Below, piece by piece: positions 1-17,110 of a DNA stretch of 64,000 bases (position 1 is the stretch's first letter; each line of letters starts with the position of its first letter). Where the stretch lies: the NCBI RefSeq assembly GCF_009914755.1, contig NC_060925.1. One strand, written 5' to 3'. A model generated the notes under the pieces. It was not told the DNA's origin. It saw only the letters and a program-made list of their open reading frames with translations, and did no database searches. The translations under genes were made by a program, and so were the position numbers. The stretch comes from the human T2T-CHM13v2.0 reference genome, Homo sapiens.

Positions 1-85
1 CCTGCCATCAAAATTCCGTCCTATCCCCCTGCCCCACCTTGCAGTTCTTTGCCTCTCTTGGAAGCTCTGTGTCAAAGATTCTTAA

Positions 86-663
<578 letters not shown>

Positions 664-1197
664 CAGGGCGGGATAGTAGTTGATTGTGGGGACTGTTCTG
701 CTCATTGTAGGATGTTCAGCACGTCTCTGGTTTCTACCCACTAAAAGCCAGCTGCATCTGTCCAGATTGACAAGCAAAAATGTCTCCAGACATTGCCAAA
801 TGTCCCCAGAGGATGGCAGTTACAGTGACCCCTGGTTGAGAACCACTCACTGGTGTATAGTATATTGCAAAGGGACTGGGGCACCTGGGGTCGCACCTGG
901 CCCTGCTCCTGCTGGCTGTGGAACTTGTACGGGAGCTATGTGAGCCTTGCCTTCCTCAGTTGCAAAGTGGGCATAAAAAAGCCTGTCTCACAGATGACAC
1001 TGACGAGTGATCATTGTCGCAAAGTACCGTATCTCACTTTTAATAGTTGCTTGAAAAATTGAAGCTAAAATTCAAATGACAGCAATGCAATCTGACTTGG
1101 GCTAAATTCTTCCTCCCCAGTTTTCCTCATTGCAGGAAATGGCACCCACTCCCCAACCCGGTTCAGCCAGGCCCCACACCCTGGAGTCTTCCTTGAT

Positions 1198-1205
1198 TTC
1201 TTTTT

Positions 1206-1268
<63 letters not shown>

Positions 1269-1470
1269 CTCTTTCTTTCTTTCTTTCTCTCTTTCTTTCT
1301 TTCTTTTTCTTTCATCTCTCTCTCTTTCCTTCCTTCCTTCCTTCCTTCCTTCCTTCCTACCTTCCCTTCCCTTCCCCTTCCTTCTTTGTTTCTTTCTTTG
1401 TTGCTTGCTTGCTTGCTTGCTTTCTTTCTTTCTTTCTTTCTTTCTCTCTCTCTCTTTCTTTCTTTCTTTC
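1198..1470. repeat. Compound (TTTC)n/(CCTT)n/(CTTG)n microsatellite grown from an Alu poly(A) tail
   Basis: Direct reading. It lies between the Alu body and its TSD. Confidence 0.95.
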
Positions 1471-1766
1471 CTTTTTTATTTTTTTTGACAGAGTCTCACT
1501 CTGTTGCCCCGGCTGGAGTGCAGTGGCGCGATCACAACTCACTGCAGCCTCGACATCCTGGGGTTCAGGTCATCCTCTCACTTCAGCCTCCTGAGTAACT
1601 GGGACCACAGGTGTGTGCCACCATGGCTGGCTAATTTTTTTATTTTTTGTAGGGATGGGGTCTTGCCATGTTGCCCAGGCTGGTCTTGAACTCCTGAACT
1701 CAAGTGACCTGCCTGCCTTGGTCTCCCAAAGTGTTGGGATTACAGGCATGAGCCACCATGCCCGGT
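1471..1766 (-). mobile_element. AluJ
   Basis: J-type motifs (ctcactgcagcctcgac, gttgcccaggctggtc). TSD tcttccttgatttct / tcttccttaatttct. Confidence 0.9.
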
Positions 1767-2078
1767 TATCTTCCTTAATTTCTATACCCCACATCTGTCA
1801 TCAGCAAATGCTTTGGTACTGCCTCCAAAACCATCCAAAATCCAGCTGTTCACCCCAAATCTCTCTCTCCCACAGACAGCGTAGCAGCTCCGCATGAGCC
1901 TGATTCCACCCCACCCCTCCAATCCACTCTCCACAGGCAACCAGAGGGTCTTCTTCAGATGTGACTCAAATCAAATGCGCAGGCCTTATGGTGGTCTTTA
2001 CCTGACCCAGCTCTGCCTACCTTTCCTCTGCCGGCCCGTGGGCATCATCCTCACTGGCCTTGTTCCTGAGACAGAATT

Positions 2079-2310
2079 GCCTGTAATCCAAGCACTTTGG
2101 GAGGCTAAGGCGGGAGGATTGCTTGAGCCCAGGAGTTCAAGACCAGCCTAGGCAACATAGTGAGACCCCGTCTCTAAAAAAAATAAAAAAGATGAGGCAG
2201 GAGGATCACTTGAGGCCGGGAGGTCAAGGCTGCAGGGAGCCATGATTGTGCCACAGCACTCCCGCACAGGTGATAGAGTGGGATCCTGTGTCACAAAAAA
2301 AAAAAAAAAA
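2079..2310 (+). mobile_element. AluJ, 5'-truncated, start of right arm missing
   Basis: ggaggattgcttgagcccaggagttc and a poly-A tail. Confidence 0.85.
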
Positions 2311-3048
2311 ATTGCAACCACTGCCCCCATGGCCTGGGCACTTGGGTTTGCCTGCCTGGCACACAGGGTCTCAGCATCACCTGGCCAGGGTCTTCATGCC
2401 TTTCGTGTCCCTGCTCCCGCACCACCTCCTCAGGGGCCTCCCCGGACTCCCCACCTACAACCTTCTTCCCCAGCAAGTTGCTCTGTTCCTTTATCTCACT
2501 TTATTTTCTTCACAGCCTTTATCGTGCTCGGAAACTATGCTCTCTGTTTACTCACTTCCTTGCCTCTTCATAGTCTTCCCCAGCCAGAATGGTCAGCTTC
2601 TCATGCAGGGGACTCTGTCCTGTCTGCTGCTGCTTCCTTGGAGCCAAAAACTGTACCTGGCACACAGTAGGCACCTCATTAGTGCTCAGTGGAATGCAAG
2701 ACTCCAGCCGTAAAGTATTGACCATCTTGGAAATGCAGCTCAGATGCCACCTGCCCCCACCTTCTCCCCAGAGCCACCAAAGCCTCTGTCTCTCTCTGTA
2801 GGCTAAGCCCCGTGGCCCTGTTGTCAGTTCCTTACGGAATGTGGCCCATTTTCTCAGACCCACAGTCAGCTCCTGGAGGGCAGGGTCAGGTCCTGCTGAT
2901 TCCTGTATCCCCACTGAACATGGCACTTACTCACACCCATAGAGAAGGCTTGGAGTAAATACAGATAGGGGCAGTGGGTGCCCAGGAAGAAGTGCAAAGA
3001 GCCCCAGCATTTGCTGCTTGTTTTGGGGCAAACACACTTCATCTCTCA

Positions 3049-3480
3049 TGCCGCAGGGATTAAAGATGGCTGCAAATTCTCCGACACGCCTCCCATGGAC
3101 CTAAGGGGCCTGTAACTGCTTTGACCAACAGAAAACAGCAGAAGTGATGCTGGGCCAGGTCCTGGCTCAGACCCTGAGAGACTGCAGCTTCACTTCCTGT
3201 CATTTGGAGCCTTGAGCGGCCAGGTGAGAAGGCTGACCACCTTGCTGCTAGTGAAGAGGGGCCCCGGTGAGCCCAGCCTCACAACAGCCCCCACCGAGCT
3301 GTCAGGGGTGTGAGAAAAGCTGGTGGACCCTTCAGATGAGCTCAGTTGAGTATTTCCAAGTAACCTCAGTCAATGCTACATGAAGCCAAAGAATTGCTTG
3401 AATTCCTAACCCACAAAATAACAAGATATAATAAAATGCTGTCTTAAACCAACAACTTTGTAATAGGTTATTGGGACACA
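3049..3480 (+). mobile_element. MLT1-family (MLT1G/H-like) MaLR LTR
   Basis: gatggctgcaaattct, gctttgaccaacagaaaacagcagaagtgatgctg, ttcctaacccacaaaa...aataaaatg. Confidence 0.7.
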
Positions 3481-3684
3481 TGTCAACTCTGATCTGTGGG
3501 AGATGGCTGCCTGAAACGCTCCCTTGGGCAGGCATCTGGAGCTGAGATGGGTTTGTTTTGGTGAAGAAGGGTTCTGTGATCTGTTAGTGATGTCTGCCAT
3601 GAGCACAGGAGGGGAGATGGGGAGTTAGCTGTGCTGCACATTTCATATTCCTGGCAAATTGTATGTCAAGTACAGTAGGGCATA

Positions 3685-3993
3685 ATTTAATTTAATTTAA
3701 TTTTTTTTTCAAGACAGAGTCTTGCTCTGTCATCCAGGCTGGAGTGCAGTGGCACAATCTCAACTGACTGCAAGCCTCCGCCTCCTGGGTTCAAGGTGTT
3801 CTTGTGCCTCAGCCTCCCAAGTAGCTGGGATTACAGGTGCACACTACCACACCTGGCTAATTTTTGTATTTTTAGTAGAGACAGGATTTCGCCATGTTGG
3901 CCAGATTGGTCTTGAAATTCTGACCTCAAGTGATCCACACACCTTGGCCTCCCAAAGTACTGGGATTACAGGCATGAGCCAATGTGCCTGGCC
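3685..3993 (-). mobile_element. AluS
   Basis: Full Alu dimer. Confidence 0.9.
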
Positions 3994-5329
3994 AATTTTA
4001 TTTAATTTTCATTGTTCGGACTTATCATCTTCATTTTATAAGTGAAGAGACTGAGGAACAGAGAGATTATGTAGCACATCCCAGCTAGAAGGTCCCTCAG
4101 CTAAAGGCGGGCAGAATAGGGTCTGTGGCCCCAAAGTCCACACTTTTCCCACGAAACTGGGTAAGAACACAGGTGTTCCCCAGAGGCAAAACTGTTGTCC
4201 ACCGCAGGTTCACAGACCCCCTCTGTCCTGATTGATCATGGACCCCTCCCCATGCCTTCCGTCTTCACCAGCCCTCAGTCCTTGTGACTAGGTCTGGCTC
4301 TACTCAGGGACTGGGACAGCTGGCACCAGGCCAGCGTCACCAGTGGCCCCAAACTGCTGGGTTTCCCCTCTGTCATGGGAGGCTGGCACTTAGGTATCTC
4401 TCAAGGGTGGAACCAGGCAAGTTTATAAAGAGCTTAATGAAATACCCGTTTCACAGCTCTCAGAGCCAGGCAAAGCTAAGTGCTCTGTGCAAGGTTCTTA
4501 GAGAGCAATTAAGAAAACCTTTCTTAGGGGAGTCGGAAGCCTTGTGGTGGGGGTGGGGGTGGCAGGGAGTGGGAAGAGGGAGGAGCAGGGTTGACAGCTG
4601 AGGCCCAGCTCTACCCCTTCCTGGAGGTGTGATCTTGAATAAGCGATTTCGCCGTTCCTACCCTCAGTCTTTTCATCTAATTCAGGTGGGGATAATTAGA
4701 CCTACCTTGCTTGGTAATTTTTAAGATAGAGGATTTAATTAAGTGAAGTGCTTTGAACAGTGCTTAGCGCACATTGGTGCTTACTAAACTTTTCTTATGA
4801 ATGAATGAATGAGTGAATGAATGAATGAACAAGAATAACTGTTGACCGCGCTGAGCTGTATACGCGGGTCTGAATCCCATGCTGGTTTGGCTGGCTCTCT
4901 GCACTCACTATGCCTGGAACAGAGTAGTCACCTAATACATATTTGCTGAAAAAAATTCTTCTAAGTCCAACTTAAGGAAGTTTTCAGGCACACACACACA
5001 AAAATCATACACTGCATTCCAAAGTAGATAGAATTTATTCAGGTGGTGATAATACCTCAAGTCTTCAGACCCAGTATCAGGAAGCCTCATCTGTGAACCA
5101 GGAAGCAAGCAGAAAAGACCTCTGAACACACGAAAGTATAAAGTTCATGTGCCAATACCTATGACTTCTTTCCTAGAAATACCCTCTGACTCTCATTTGT
5201 AACCTAGTTACTCTTGGCTTACAAACAACTTTCATTAAGGTTTTCAAGCCCACCTTAGACTAGAAGAAGCAAGTTGGAGAGGAAGAAATCCTGGGAGATG
5301 GAGAAGTACTTGTACAGAAACAATTCCAG

Positions 5330-5660
5330 GTTGGGCACGGTTGCTCACGCCTGAAATCCCAGCACTTTGAGAGGCTGAGGTGGGAGGACTGCTCGAGCTC
5401 AGGAGTTCGAGACCAGCCTGAGCAACATGGCAAAACCCTGTCTCCACAAAATATACAAAAATTAGCCAGGTGTGGTAGCATCGCCTGTAGTCGCAGCTAC
5501 TCGGGAGGCTGAGGTGAGAGGATGGTTTGAGCTCAGGAGGTCAAGGATGCAGTGAGCCATGATTGCACCACTGTACTCCAGTCTGGGCGACAGAGCATGA
5601 CATTGTCTCAAAACAACAACAAAAACAACCAAAAAGACAAAACAAACAAACAAAAAAACA
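5330..5660 (+). mobile_element. AluJ with (CAAA)-rich tail
   Basis: Alu dimer; TSD-like a(a/c)caattcca. Confidence 0.9.
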
Positions 5661-6014
5661 AACCAATTCCACCAGGAAGTTGGGCTTCATAGCCATAAAA
5701 TAGGAATAACAAAAATTCAAGAAAACCCCACGATAATGTAAATCTGGTAAACTGCTATTGGCAATTTGGCTCCAGGTCCCTAGAAGTCAAGACCAGCTAG
5801 CTACGCAGGTGGCTGTACATAAGCTAATGCAAGATTGCATTTGAAACAATTGGAATTTGTGGGCCCCACTTTTAATGTTCTGGTGGGGTTTCTACTATGG
5901 CAATATTTCTCATTTATTGAGGGCTTCATATATTCCAGATGTTTTAGGTACATGTTCTCACTTAATCTTACAATCAACCTATGAGATGGGTACTGTTATC
6001 CTCTTAATACAGAG

Positions 6015-6190
6015 CATGGCTTCTAATCCTTGGCACTGTTGACTTGTTTGAGGGGCTGTCCCGTGTGTTGTAGGAAATTCAGCAGCATCCCTGACCTCTG
6101 CCCACCAGATGCCAGTAGGATTCTCCACCTTCCAGTCATGACAACCAAAATTGCCAGATGCCCCTGGCACAGAATTGGCCCCAGCTGAGA
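6015..6190 (-). mobile_element. MER20 inserted in a MIR
   Basis: ggcactgttgac...agatgccagtag...tgacaaccaaaa...ccagctgagaa, with MIR sequence on both sides. Confidence 0.7.
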
Positions 6191-7221
6191 AAATGTTATA
6201 AATGTGGGAACTGAGGCTCAGAGAGGGTGAGAGTTGTCCAAGGTCACACAGCTTGCAAGTGGCTGAGCTGGGATTTATACCCAGGTCCACAGGTGCCAGA
6301 CAGAGCACAAGCTCTGAAGCCCTGGAGGTTGTGCATAAGTTACTCCACAGAGATTGCCGGGAGGCTCCAATGGGATCATCTCCCAGAACAGAAGTCATAA
6401 GTGGCTGTTCTGAAGCCATCAGTGGCTGACGTAGGCTCATTGGGGATGACCTTTACACTTGGGGACAAATTCCCCTGAACTATATCCTTGGTCTCCCTGA
6501 CTCTCTCCTCTCCTGCATTTCCATAGAGGTTTCCTTCTCACAATGTGGAAGCAGCAATGAAGGGCCATATCTGGGGCCTTGGTATCCCATTTTTGTTAGG
6601 CAACTGGTGTCTTTAAAGGGTGAATTTTGGGAAAAAATAATACCTCTCCTATCTGGGTTTATGGGACTACCATCTGAGCTGGTTGTCCTACTGAGGCCGT
6701 AAGTCAAGGAGGACAGTTAGGGTTAATGGAACCCAAGGACCCCAGTGAATTCAGCGGGGCCTGTGTTGAGGATTCCCAGGCTGTAAGTGGGCTCAGTGAT
6801 GAGCAGGGCCATCTGGCCTGGGTACGAGAGGAGGAGTATGGCAGGCTGTTTCCATCCCCGCCTTCGGGCTAGAGGGAGTTGATCCTCTGGCAGGTCCTGA
6901 GTCAGGAAGGCAGGGCTTTGGCAGAGGAAGGGGCCTCTGCATCCTTCTGGGCCTCACTCACTGTGATCTGGGCCTGGCGGAGCTTGGGTGTTCTGGTGGG
7001 GGATGTTCTGAGGGATGGAGAGTGGCCTCCTGCACACGGAGGTAGACAGGGAGCTGAGTGCTTGCTGAGGCTGCTGAACCTGAGGCTGCTGAACCAAGGC
7101 TGAGGGGTGTGGCAGGTGACACAGGTAACTTTGTCTTGTGCTGCCGTCTGTGTTTATTTCCCTCCTATCTCCCTTCCCCCACCCAGGGACTTAGTGACTT
7201 CTTGTTTATTATAATAAAAAT

Positions 7222-7508
7222 TTTTATTTTTTTGAGACAACTCTGTCAGTCAGGCTGGAGTACAGTGGTGTGATTATAGCTCACTGCAACCTCGATCTCC
7301 TGGGCTCGAGCGAGCCTCTCACCTCAGCCTCCCAGTAGCCAAGACTACAGATGCGCGCCACCACACCGGCTATATTTTTTGTATTTTTTGTAGAGACAGA
7401 GTCTCGCTATGTTGCCCAGGCTGGTCTTAAACTCCTGGGCTCAAGCGATCCTCCCACATTAGCCTCCCAAAGGGTTGGGATTACTGGTGTGAGCCCCCGT
7501 TCCTGGCC
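7222..7508 (-). mobile_element. AluJ
   Basis: Alu dimer with J diagnostics. Confidence 0.85.
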
Positions 7509-7867
7509 AACCTCTTGTTTAAAGGAGCTCAGCTGCACTATGGGGAATGAAGGCAAGAGCTCCGAGGCTGTGCTTTAAGCAGACCACCAAAGGGAGCTCT
7601 GTGCGCCCCTCCCCAAGACAGCAGGGATCAGTGAGAAGCCCCCAAAAGAGGCGGAATCTCGAAGGACAGGACTTGGAGCTGTCCCCACTCTGTTAACAAC
7701 TGTGGAGGCGGAGGGCTTTGGCCAGAAGATTCCTACAGAAGCCACCCTCCCCAGGGTGAGCAGCTGGTTCAGATCTTGACCTAGAGGGATCGGGGAAGCA
7801 CTCGAAACAATTTCACCATTATCTATAAGGATGGCTTCACACACATGTAACAGCCTACTGGGAAAGC

Positions 7868-8130
7868 TTTTTTTTTTTTAAGACGGGGTCTCACTCTGTC
7901 ACCCAGGCTGGAGTGCAGTGGCACCATCTCGGCTCACAGCAACCTCTGCCTCCCAGTTCAAGTGATTCTCATACCTCAGCCTCCTGAGTAGCTGGGATTA
8001 CAGGTCTGTGCCACCATACCTGGCTAATTTTTGTATTTTTAATAGAGGCCTCAAATGCCTGGCCTCAAGTGTCCACCCACCTCGGCCTCCCAAAATGCTG
8101 GGATTACAGGCATGAGCCACATGCCTGGCC
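7868..8130 (-). mobile_element. AluS with internal deletion of about 25-30 bp
   Basis: Lacks the ggtttcaccatgttggccaggctgg segment near 8045. Confidence 0.85.
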
Positions 8131-8442
8131 ACCATACACTATTACCAGTGGTTTTTCCTGGGGAATAGAATTTTGCATAACTCGCCTCTACTTTTTCATT
8201 GTTTGTGTGCTTGCCTGTTAACAAACATAAAGTCAGTCTTCTATATCCCTGGGTGCCGTATCTGTGGGTTCAACAGACTATGGGCCGAAAATATTCAGAA
8301 AAAAGATGGGTGGTGCATCCGTACTGAACATGTACAGACTTTTTTCCTTGTGATTATTCCCTAAACAATACACGATGGCAACTAATTACACGACATTCAT
8401 ATTGTTAAGGTATTATAAGTAATCTAGAGATGATTTAAAGTA

Positions 8443-11100
<2,658 letters not shown>

Positions 11101-11305
11101 AATACAGGTGCCTAGGTTATATGCAAATGAGGAACCTGAGCATCTGTGGATTTTGGTATCTTCAGGGGGTCCTGCAACCAATCCCCCACAGATACTGAGG
11201 GATGAATGTATATTGCCTTGAGAATAAGAAAACAACCAAACATCTTAGTTTTAAAAAGTATATATTTTTTCTGAGTTTTGCATTTTTGCCCTATATTTTA
11301 AAATA

Positions 11306-11601
<296 letters not shown>

Positions 11602-11746
11602 TTATTTTAAAGTAATTCTTAAGCACATCACAACATTTGATTTGATTTGTATTTTGGAAGGTTGTTTTGCATAAGTGAAAACCTCCTGAAGTCTTATGAC
11701 ATGAGGTGAAGGGTGAAAAATGATCTTATTAAAAATACAAGGTAGA

Positions 11747-12098
<352 letters not shown>

Positions 12099-12549
12099 CT
12101 AATTAATGCAGAAGTTTCCAGAGTGTAAGAGATGCTGAGCCCTGTGCCGGGTGCTTCAGAGAGTGGTGCAGTGGCTGGGGACACGGCTCCAAAGCCTGAC
12201 AGCCGGGTTCTATGGCCAGTTCCCACTCGATCACCAATCACCATGGTGAAGTTTCTCAACCACCTAAGGCTCAGTTTTCTCATCTATAAAAAGAGAAGAA
12301 TCATGCTGGTATCAGTGCAGGACACAGAAGCCATTCAGGGTGTGGTAAGCAAGAAGATTTAACACATGGAATGAGGGACTTTCAAAATGATTCGAAAGGC
12401 TGAGGGAGCAAGTTCTAGGTCAGGCCTCCAGAAGCTGTGTTTAGAATTGACCTTCTGGGGAGCTATTACCTCGGGCCCTGCTCAAGACAAACACCCCTAA
12501 CTGCCAGTCAGGAGGTGGGAAGGCAGATTTAGAAGCCACCACTGCAACT

Positions 12550-12692
12550 GTTATTTATTTATTTACTCTTTTTTGTAGAGACAAGGTCTCACCATGTTGC
12601 TCGGGTTGGTCTCAAACTCCTGGACTCAAGCTATCTGCTCACCTCAGCCTCTCAAAGTGCTGGGATTACAGGCGTGAGCCACCGCACCTAGC
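12550..12692 (-). mobile_element. Alu left monomer (FLAM-like)
   Basis: Single arm of about 140 bp. Confidence 0.75.
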
Positions 12693-12949
12693 GTGCAGCT
12701 GCCCGTTGGCACCCATGCATAACAGCCACTGGAATCTGCTGGAGAAAAATCTCGTATTTCCCCAACTTTGTGTGCCAGAAGAAACAACTAAAAAGAGAGG
12801 GGAAAGAGGCTTTTCCTCTTTTCCACCTACAAAAATCACACTAGAGCATCTAATTGGCAGAACCTAATTCATATCCAAAATCCTAGGCACAAGGGAATCT
12901 AGGAAAAGTAGTTTTTAGTTTTCTAATCTTGTCAATAAAAGGTGACCTA

Positions 12950-13256
12950 AGCTGGGCGCGGTGGCTCACGCCTGTAATTCCAGCACTTTGGGCGGCTGAG
13001 GAGGGCGGATCACAAGGTCAGGAGATGGAGACCATCCTAGCTAACACAGTGAAACCCCGTCTCTACTAAAAATACAAAAAATTAGTGGGGCGTGGTGGTG
13101 GGCACCTGTAGTCCCAGCTACTCAGGAGGCTGAGGCAGGAGAATGGCATGAACCCAGGAGGTAGAGCTTGCAGTGAGCCGAGATAGCGCCACTGCACTCT
13201 AGCCTGGGCAACAGAGCGAGACTCCGTCTCAAAAAAAAAAAAAAAAAAAAAAAAAA
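12950..13256 (+). mobile_element. AluY
   Basis: gagaccatcctagctaacac, gaatggcatgaacc, gagcttgcagtg. TSD aaaaggtgaccta. Confidence 0.92.
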
Positions 13257-13261
13257 GGTGA

Positions 13262-13690
13262 CCTAGTCTGGGTCCTGTGAGAACAAGGACAAGAAAGAAT
13301 TAAACATGCAAGGATTTTACTAGGGGAAATGCCTGGGCAGAAAATAGGGAGAGAGCCAGGCAAGGCTTGGACAGCCCTCAGATTGCAAAGCAAGTTTGAC
13401 TCTAAGGGAAGAAGAGATGAGAGAGGGTTGGGTAGTAGAGGCATTGTAGACTGTGCAAACTTGGAAAGTTTCTGCAAAGCCAGCTGGGAGTCCTTGAACC
13501 ACAGTTGGTCGTGAAGCGAGTCCCACATCCCCAAGGAATGGGTCTGGTTAGTTAAGTATCCCTACTATACTCAGTCTTGGATGGGACCATCCCATGGGGA
13601 TAGATTTCAAAGCACAGCCACTGAGACTCTGGGCGGTTCCACTCCCTGTAATAGGAAGTTTGCAAGGCAGTGCTCATGGCTGCCCCTCTA
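13262..13690 (-). mobile_element. LTR40-like ERVL LTR
   Basis: Reverse strand begins gcagccatgagcactgcc...tacagggag...gctgtgctttgaaatc, resembling LTR40. Confidence 0.55.
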
Positions 13691-14486
13691 GGTGCTCAAA
13701 GATGGAATGGAGTAAGTGAATCCACAGCACCCACCCTGATAGCAATGCCTGTTTCCTAGGGTAATTTGAGGGTTAAATGAGATAATATGAGCGTAGCAGT
13801 AGAACAGTGCCTGGCATAGAGCAAGTAAGTGCTCAGGAGATGTTAAGAGTTCATGGGAGATTCAAAAACAAGGAGACCCCTTCTTGCTACCCAGGTCCTC
13901 CCCACCATCTGTGGGAGGCCACGCTGAACATCCTGGGAAACAAATCCTCATAGGAGGGCGTGCTGCAGGCCTAGAGGGTGTAAACTGGCTGCGCGTCCTC
14001 ATCAGCAGGGAAGCATGTCACAATATGGATGGGCTCCAAGCCCCACCCTGGACATTCTGATTCAGCTGGTAGGGTGGTTGTACATAGGTTTCACATGAAG
14101 CCTGTGGTTCTGAGGCCCAGGTAGGTTTGGGACTACCATGGGGAAAGAAGGCAAGAAAGACTTTGAAGAAGAGATGAAGCAAGATGAATAGGAGTTGAAA
14201 GTGAAGGAGCAGACATTCCAGGTAGAGGGAGTACTGCCTACAATGCAGGGTGGTTTCAAGGAGCTCAGGGTGTTTGGGGAACCACAAGGATCTCAGTGTG
14301 TTTGGTTGTAGGATTGTTTTTCTCTTACTGAACATTTACTAGTGGCCAGGTTCAGCGCAAAGGCCCTAGCATGCCTGCATCACTGAGTCCTCTCAATGGC
14401 CCTATGAAGTCAGTATCATTATCACTCCACTTTACAGATGAGGCAACTGAGGCTCAGAGAGGCTGAGTGACTTCCTCCAGGTTACA

Positions 14487-14802
14487 GTTTTTGTTTTTTG
14501 TTTTTTGTTTTTTTTTTGCGGGGGATGGAGTCTTACTCTGTCACCCAGGCTGGAGTGCAGTGGCGTGATCCTGGCTCATTCCAATCTCCACCTCCTGGGT
14601 TCAAGTGATTCTCTTGCCTCAGTCTCCTGAGTAGCTGGGACTACAGGTGCATGCCACCATGCCTGGCTAATTTTTGTATTTTTAGTAGAGATGGGGTATT
14701 GCCATGTTGTCCAGGCTGGTCTTGAACTCTTGACATCAGGTGATCCACTGCCTCAGCCTCCCAAATTGCTAGGATTACAGGTGTGAGCCACTGCACCTGA
14801 CC
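14487..14802 (-). mobile_element. AluS
   Basis: Alu dimer inserted in a MIR. Confidence 0.9.
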
Positions 14803-14827
14803 TACAGTTATTTTTAAGATGAAGTTA

Positions 14828-15133
14828 AGCCAGGCATGATGGCTCACACCTGTAATTCCAGCACTTTGCGAGGCAGAGATGGGAGGATCACTTGGGGCCA
14901 GGAGTTCGAGACCAGCCTGGCCAACATGGCAAAACCCCATGTCTACTAAAAAATACAAAAATTAGCCAGGTATGGGGCACACATCTGTAATCCCAGTTAC
15001 TCAGGAGACTGAAACACGAGAATCGCTTGAACCTGGGAGGCGGAGGTTGCAGTGAACCGAGATCGTACAACTGCACTCCAGCCCAGGAGACAGAGTGGGA
15101 CTCTCTCTCTCAAAAATAAAAAAAAATAACAAA
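14828..15133 (+). mobile_element. AluS
   Basis: Alu dimer; TSD aa(g/a)atgaagt(t/c)aag. Confidence 0.9.
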
Positions 15134-15877
15134 AATGAAGTCAAGGCTAGAATCCATTGTGTCCAAAGCTCCGTACTGTTGACGTTCCTGGGAGAAGCTG
15201 CAGAAGCAAACGGGATCAGTGAGGGACGTGTGTGTGTAAAGTGTGGCATCTAGGAACACAAGCTTCCGTGTCATCAGAAGCGGGTTCAACCTGCCACTCA
15301 TTGGCTGTGTTGCCTTGGACAAGTCCTTTAGCCTCCCTATGCCTTGTCTTCATCTGAAAAGTGAAGTTGTGATGCCCACCTTATGGTAGGTCATGTGATG
15401 ACACACATTATAATAGGAAAAGCACTCAGCGGAGGGCTGGGTACACCGGAAACACACTGTGATTGGAAACTGTTACTATTCACTTATGCAAATGCATCAG
15501 GACTTCAACTTGCAGGTAATGGGGAACCCAGAAGTGGTTCAAGCAGGGAGATTGTGAATACCCCTAGAAGGCCTACTAGGGAGTAAAGCCTCAAGTTAAA
15601 GAAATGCCATGCAAATGGTGAGCTTTCAGGCACCACCCAGTGGCCAAAGAGGCCTTGGGGCAGGTGTGAATTGCAGACACAGCTGGCTTTGTGCAGTTCA
15701 GGGAGTCTCACCACGTCCTCAGGCCCCCACCCCCCGACCCCACTTCACCTAGTGCAGCAGAGAGCAGCTTAAGTCACCTCCGAAAATCTAAGGTGCTTCC
15801 CCAGCTGAGCTGGGGAGAAAGCCATCTCACAGTGCCCAGTGTGACCATGTTGGTGCCACAATCTGATAGAGATTCAG

Positions 15878-16297
15878 TGTATGAGACCATTCTTGCATTG
15901 CTATAAAGAAATACCTGAGACTGGGTAATTTTTAAAGAAAAGAGATTTCCCTGGCTCACCGTTTCCCAGGCTGTCTGGGAGGCATAATGCTGGCATCTGC
16001 TCAGCTTCTGAGGAGGCCTCAGGAAACTTACAGTCATGATGGCAAGTGGAGGGGGAGCACACACATCACATGGCCAGAGCAGGAAAAAGAGAGCAAGGGG
16101 GGAGGAGCTACACGCTTTTAAACAACCAGATCTCGTGATAACTCACTATTGTGAGAACGGGACCGGGTGTGTGGGGGATGGTGCTAAGCCATTCATGAGA
16201 AATCACCCCCATGATTGATCACCTCCCACCAGGCCCCACCTCCAACACTGGGAATTACAATTTGCATGCAATTTGGGACCAGATCCAAACCATGTCA
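15878..16297 (-). mobile_element. MSTA-type MaLR solo LTR
   Basis: TG...CA termini; gcattgctataaagaaatacctgagactgggtaa; cacctcccaccaggccccacctccaaca. 5-bp TSD ttcag/ctcag. Confidence 0.9.
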
Positions 16298-16671
16298 CTC
16301 AGTTCCTTAACTATTAAGACAAAACACCAAAATGTGAAGTGTAGTTATTTCTTGGGTGGAATCATTGGAGATTCTTTCTCACCCCCTTGTGTTTTCGTAT
16401 GTTTGCCACCCTATGTGCTGATTTTGTTTTGTTATTTGAAAAAGCAAAAGAAATGTTATTTAAAAGGACAAAAAGAATCCCCTCTGTGGGAGGCTGACTC
16501 ACACCTCCCACAGTTATACAGTGAGGAGTGCTCTCCTCTGCAGGAACACGCCAGTGAAAAACGTCGGAGCTGCCAGTCCTTTGTCCTCATCTGCAAACCC
16601 ATGATGCCTTGTGTGTGGTTTAAGGCAGAGGTTTCTAAAATTCTTAGTCTCTGGACCACTTTACACTCTTA

Positions 16672-16996
<325 letters not shown>

Positions 16997-17110
16997 TCAT
17001 TGAAAGTTTTGTTATATTTATTGCTAATTGTCATACTAGAAATTGAAACTGGGAAATTTTAATTAATTAATTAGTTCATTTATTGAAAGTAGTAATTCAT
17101 TTATTTAAAG

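Larger units (their letters stand above)
1105..2697 (+). mobile_element. L2 (L2a-like) 3' region interrupted by two AluJ
   Basis: L2 motifs aaatggcacc...ctggagtcttccttga, ccctccaatccactctccacaggcaaccagag, and 3' end cctggcacacagtaggcacctc...gaatg. Confidence 0.7.

Noticed and set aside
1130-1598. Phe/Leu/Ser-rich membrane-like ORFs
   Set aside because: Translation of the TTTC microsatellite.
7064-7095. 15-bp tandem repeat ctgaggctgctgaac x2
   Set aside because: A trivial slippage duplication with no further structure.
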